DNA from: an uncultured Planctomycetota bacterium | GTDB taxonomy: Bacteria > Planctomycetota > Planctomycetia > Isosphaerales > Isosphaeraceae | Length of the DNA stretch: 64,000 nucleotides | NCBI GenBank assembly: GCA_963845755.1 | Contig: CAWJTV010000038.1 | Coordinates: 163,210-227,209 of the forward strand | Direction of reading: 5' to 3' | Shown here: positions 61,161 through 64,000 of the stretch, in pieces | Layout of the letters: every line of letters begins with the position of its first letter | Numbering within the stretch: position 1 is the first letter of the stretch | Program-made: the position numbers and the translations under genes | Notes under the pieces: generated by a model | Seen by the model: only the letters and a program-made list of their open reading frames with translations | Told to the model about the DNA's origin: nothing | Database searches by the model: none

Positions 61161-61338
61161 CGGCGCCCTCCGGCTCGAGTCGGACACATCGTTGACCCGG
61201 ATCCGGGGCGGCGACGCTTGCAGGCGCCAGCCAATTTAGCATTACTGAGCGTTGAAGAGAAACCCAAACCTCGTACTGCGCTCGGCGCGGGTCTCCTGAC
61301 CATTGCGCGAAGAACTTCGGAGACGACGACCGCGTCGC

Positions 61339-61592
61339 AGGGTGCGCCGTCGGGCGACCCTGGGCTCCATTGTGCAACCCCGTTGGGGTAGGGAGTAGGG
61401 AGGATGGGCGTCGCCCCTGACCCAGGGTGCGCCCTTCGGCGACCCTGGGCTGTGTTCTGGAACCCCTGCGGGGTACGGCCACGCCGGGCCCTTACGCCAA
61501 CGGCGTTGAACAGCAAAGCCCAGGGTCGCCGAAGGCGGCACCCTGGGTTGACAACCGAATCCCTCCGTCCCCTACGCTGAAGGCGTTGCACA
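61339..61592. repeat. Cluster of palindromic REP-like units (cagggtgcgcc..cgaccctggg / caac..gttg)
   Basis: Three cagggt..accctggg palindromes, two direct and one inverted, with associated caacc/gttg hairpins. Confidence 0.7.
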
Positions 61593-61609
61593 ACGGCCTA
61601 CTGCAACGC

Positions 61610-64000
61610 TCAGTGGTTCTCGGGGCGCGGAAGTGGTTCGCCAATCGGCCGGAGTCCGCGATCACCTCCCCGCCGTCCCCGGGCTCGCCGGATCGCCCGG
61701 GGCACGGCCGCCGCCGTGATCAGGACCGCCGCCGTCGCGATCGGCAGCGCCAGCCGCCCGCGACCGGCCGCGATCCGCTCGCCCTGCGGTCCGCCGGCGT
61801 CCCGGCGCCCGGCGCGGGGAGGCCCTCGGCCGCCAGCTCGGCGATGGCCGCATCGGCCGCGGCGGCGGGCCCGGCCGGCGGGGAAGACGACGGCCGACGA
61901 TCGGAGGAGGGCGCCGGGACCGGGACCGGCCTCGGCGGCGCCGCACGGTTCGGAGGGGAGACCGGGCCGGCCCTGGCATCCTCCGCCAATCCCGCCCGCT
62001 CCATCACGCCGGCGCGCACCTGCTCCCACGCCCGTTCCAGGCCCGTCGCGATCCGATCCCACACCGGCAGGCTCGTGGGGGCCGGGGCGGCGACGGCGGC
62101 CGGTCCGAGGGCGGGCACCGGATCGTCGGCCCCCTCGACCGGCGGGCCCGGGCGGTCGTTGCGGGCCGGTTGACCGAGCGAGCCCGGGCCGGTACCCGGC
62201 AGGACGTTGGCCAGCAGGGCGACGCCCCCCTCCACGTCCGCGACGTCCGCGAACTCGCCCGCGACGATCGAGACGGTCAACAATGGGGCGATCAGGCTCA
62301 GCGTCGTCCCGTTGGCACCCAGGAGCTGCGCCACCTGCTGGAACGAGCCCACCGTCACCGACGCCAGCGCCGAGCTGGTCGACTCCCCCGTCCCGCCGCC
62401 CAGCGCCGCGCCGGAGAGCGCCGCGCCCGGGCTCAGCGCGAAGGCCATCGCCGTCGCCGCCTCGCGCCCCGCCGTGCTGGCGTAGAAGCTGAGCGTGCCG
62501 TCGGAGACCCCGGCAAAGCTCAGGCTGGTCGGTTCGGGCACCGCGGGGCTGGTCAGCGTCTGGGACAAGCTCAGGCCGCCCGGGCCACCCAGCAACAGCG
62601 CCAGATGGCCGTCGCCGTTGTTGCCCACCACCAGGTCGGTGAAGCCGTTGCCGAGGAAATCCCCGGCGAAGCCGGAGGTCGGCGAGTCACCGCCGGTGGC
62701 GAAGCTCTGGGTCACCGGATTGGCCGAGCCCAGGCCGGAGATCAGCGTGCCGTCATTCGACCCGGGATTCAGCGTGGCCAATCCCGGGCCCAGGCCGAAA
62801 TTGCCCAGGAACAGCGAGGACGGATCCACGCCGACCGGGATCGCCGTGGTTGCCTGATCTTTGAAGAACCCACCGCCGACGCCGGGGAAGACCTGGACGT
62901 TATCGGCCCCGCTGTTGGCCACGGCCAGGTCGGTCTGACCGTTGCCCAGCAGGTCGCCCACGGCCAGGGCGACCGGCCCGGCTTCGGTCTGGACCCGCGG
63001 CCCCGGGATCAGCGTCCAGCTCGACCCGCTGCCTTGACTCAGCAACACCGAGACGTCGTTGGAGCCCGTATCGGCAACCAGCAGGACGCGGAGTTCCTGG
63101 TCGGGTGAGTTCGGGTCCGGGATATTGGCGACCGTCAGTCCCGTCGGGTCGGTGCCGACGGGGAAGCCCTGCGTCCCGTTGATCGGCGGGCCGAACTGGC
63201 CGTTGCCCAACCCGGGGTAGACCAGGACGTTATTGCCGCCGCTGTTGGCGACGATCAGGTCGGGGATGCCGTCGCCGTTGAGGTCGTGCAGCAGGACCGC
63301 ACCCGGGGCCAGCACGCCGGTGGCCTGGTTGCCGATGACCTGGGGACCGGAGGCATTCCCGCCGGGCGTGCCGTAGACGACCGTGACCCGGTTGAGCGAC
63401 TGGTCGGCGAAGACGAAGTCGCGGGCGCCGTTGCCGGTGAGGTCGGCGACGGCCAGGGCGATGTCGGCCTTCACCGGCTCGAAGGACCGGAAGGTGCCGT
63501 CGCCATTACCGACGAGGATCAACACGTCGCCATAGGCGTTGCCGACGAGAAGGTCGAGCTGGCCGTTACCAAGGAGGTCGGCGACGGTCAGGCCGCTGGG
63601 ATCGACGCCGGCGTCGTAAGTCACCGGGGACGAGAAACCGCCTTTGCCGTTGCCGAGATAGATGATCACACCCTTGGCGGTGAGGACGGCCAGGTCATCG
63701 ATGCCGTTCCCCGTGAAGTCGCCCATGCGGACCACCTGGGCCGGGCTCGGGGTGTCGATGGTCACGGGATTGGCGAACGACCATCCTCCGCCCAGGTTCG
63801 CGAGCACATCGAGCGTGTTCGAGCCGGGGTTGATCGTCACCAGGCTGCTCGGACCACCGGGCGTCAGCGGCCCGCCGGCCACGCTCGCCGTCGCCTCCAG
63901 ACTGGTGATCTCGGGCGAACTGCTGGGATCGATCGCGGACAGGCCCGTCCCGGCGCGATACGGGACCAGGGCCGCGAATCGGTCGTCGCCATCGTTGTAC
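61610..64000 (-). CDS. Large FG-GAP/VCBS-repeat surface protein, 5'-partial, C-terminal TM anchor (frameshift near 61760)
   Basis: Repeated (G/A)DxxGNGxxDLxV..G.GDG.F motifs; the frame runs off the window end; LPIATAAVLITAAAVPRAIRRAR tail in the alternate frame. Confidence 0.88.

Noticed and set aside
1..64000. Frameshifts in pfp, ABC permease, DUF4058, VWA genes, phosphoesterase, serine hydrolase, ECFs, STK2 and FG-GAP as pseudogenes or programmed frameshifts
   Set aside because: They are single-base shifts spread evenly, including in core genes, often at G/C runs and without in-frame stops. This pattern fits long-read indel error better.

Overview
GC-rich chromosomal window, most likely from a Planctomycetota bacterium (Isosphaeraceae-like), judged from the DUF1559 prepilin-like gene, PEP-CTERM, DUF4058, ECF sigma/Ser-Thr kinase cassettes, MoxR/VWA operon and FG-GAP surface protein. 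About a dozen genes are split by single-base frameshifts, which I treat mostly as long-read indel errors. 1-28.7 kb is largely core or ordinary: di-heme oxidoreductase, PPi-type phosphofructokinase, ABC exporter, MoxR-VWA-DUF58 operon, aminotransferase, serine hydrolase and a membrane-anchored ECF. 28.8-47.5 kb is an accessory signalling island. It holds two paralogous ECF sigma + Ser/Thr kinase-WD40 cassettes, a kinase-AAA ATPase-TPR protein, PEP-CTERM/secreted/DUF1559 genes and gene relics. The most striking unannotated signal is a ~85-bp non-coding element that I find about six times and only in this island: TTCGG-N17-CCT(T)ATAAG-like box, then a GGCTCG-N4-CGAGCC dyad about 60 bp downstream. 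It is a candidate promoter/leader for the kinase-activated ECFs. Both cassette ECFs replace the DAED motif with T-S-D, and both share an upstream TTGATT-N18-CATACT box. One kinase has a 14-blade, highly self-similar WD40 array with variable top-face residues. 47.5-64 kb carries CorC/HlyC, FkbM, a TetR operon with visible operators, oxidoreductase, a probable lyase-esterase fusion, lactonase, an orphan ECF and a partial FG-GAP gene. Several REP-like and heptamer repeat families fill the intergenic gaps. I saw no rRNA, tRNA, CRISPR array, transposase or integrase.
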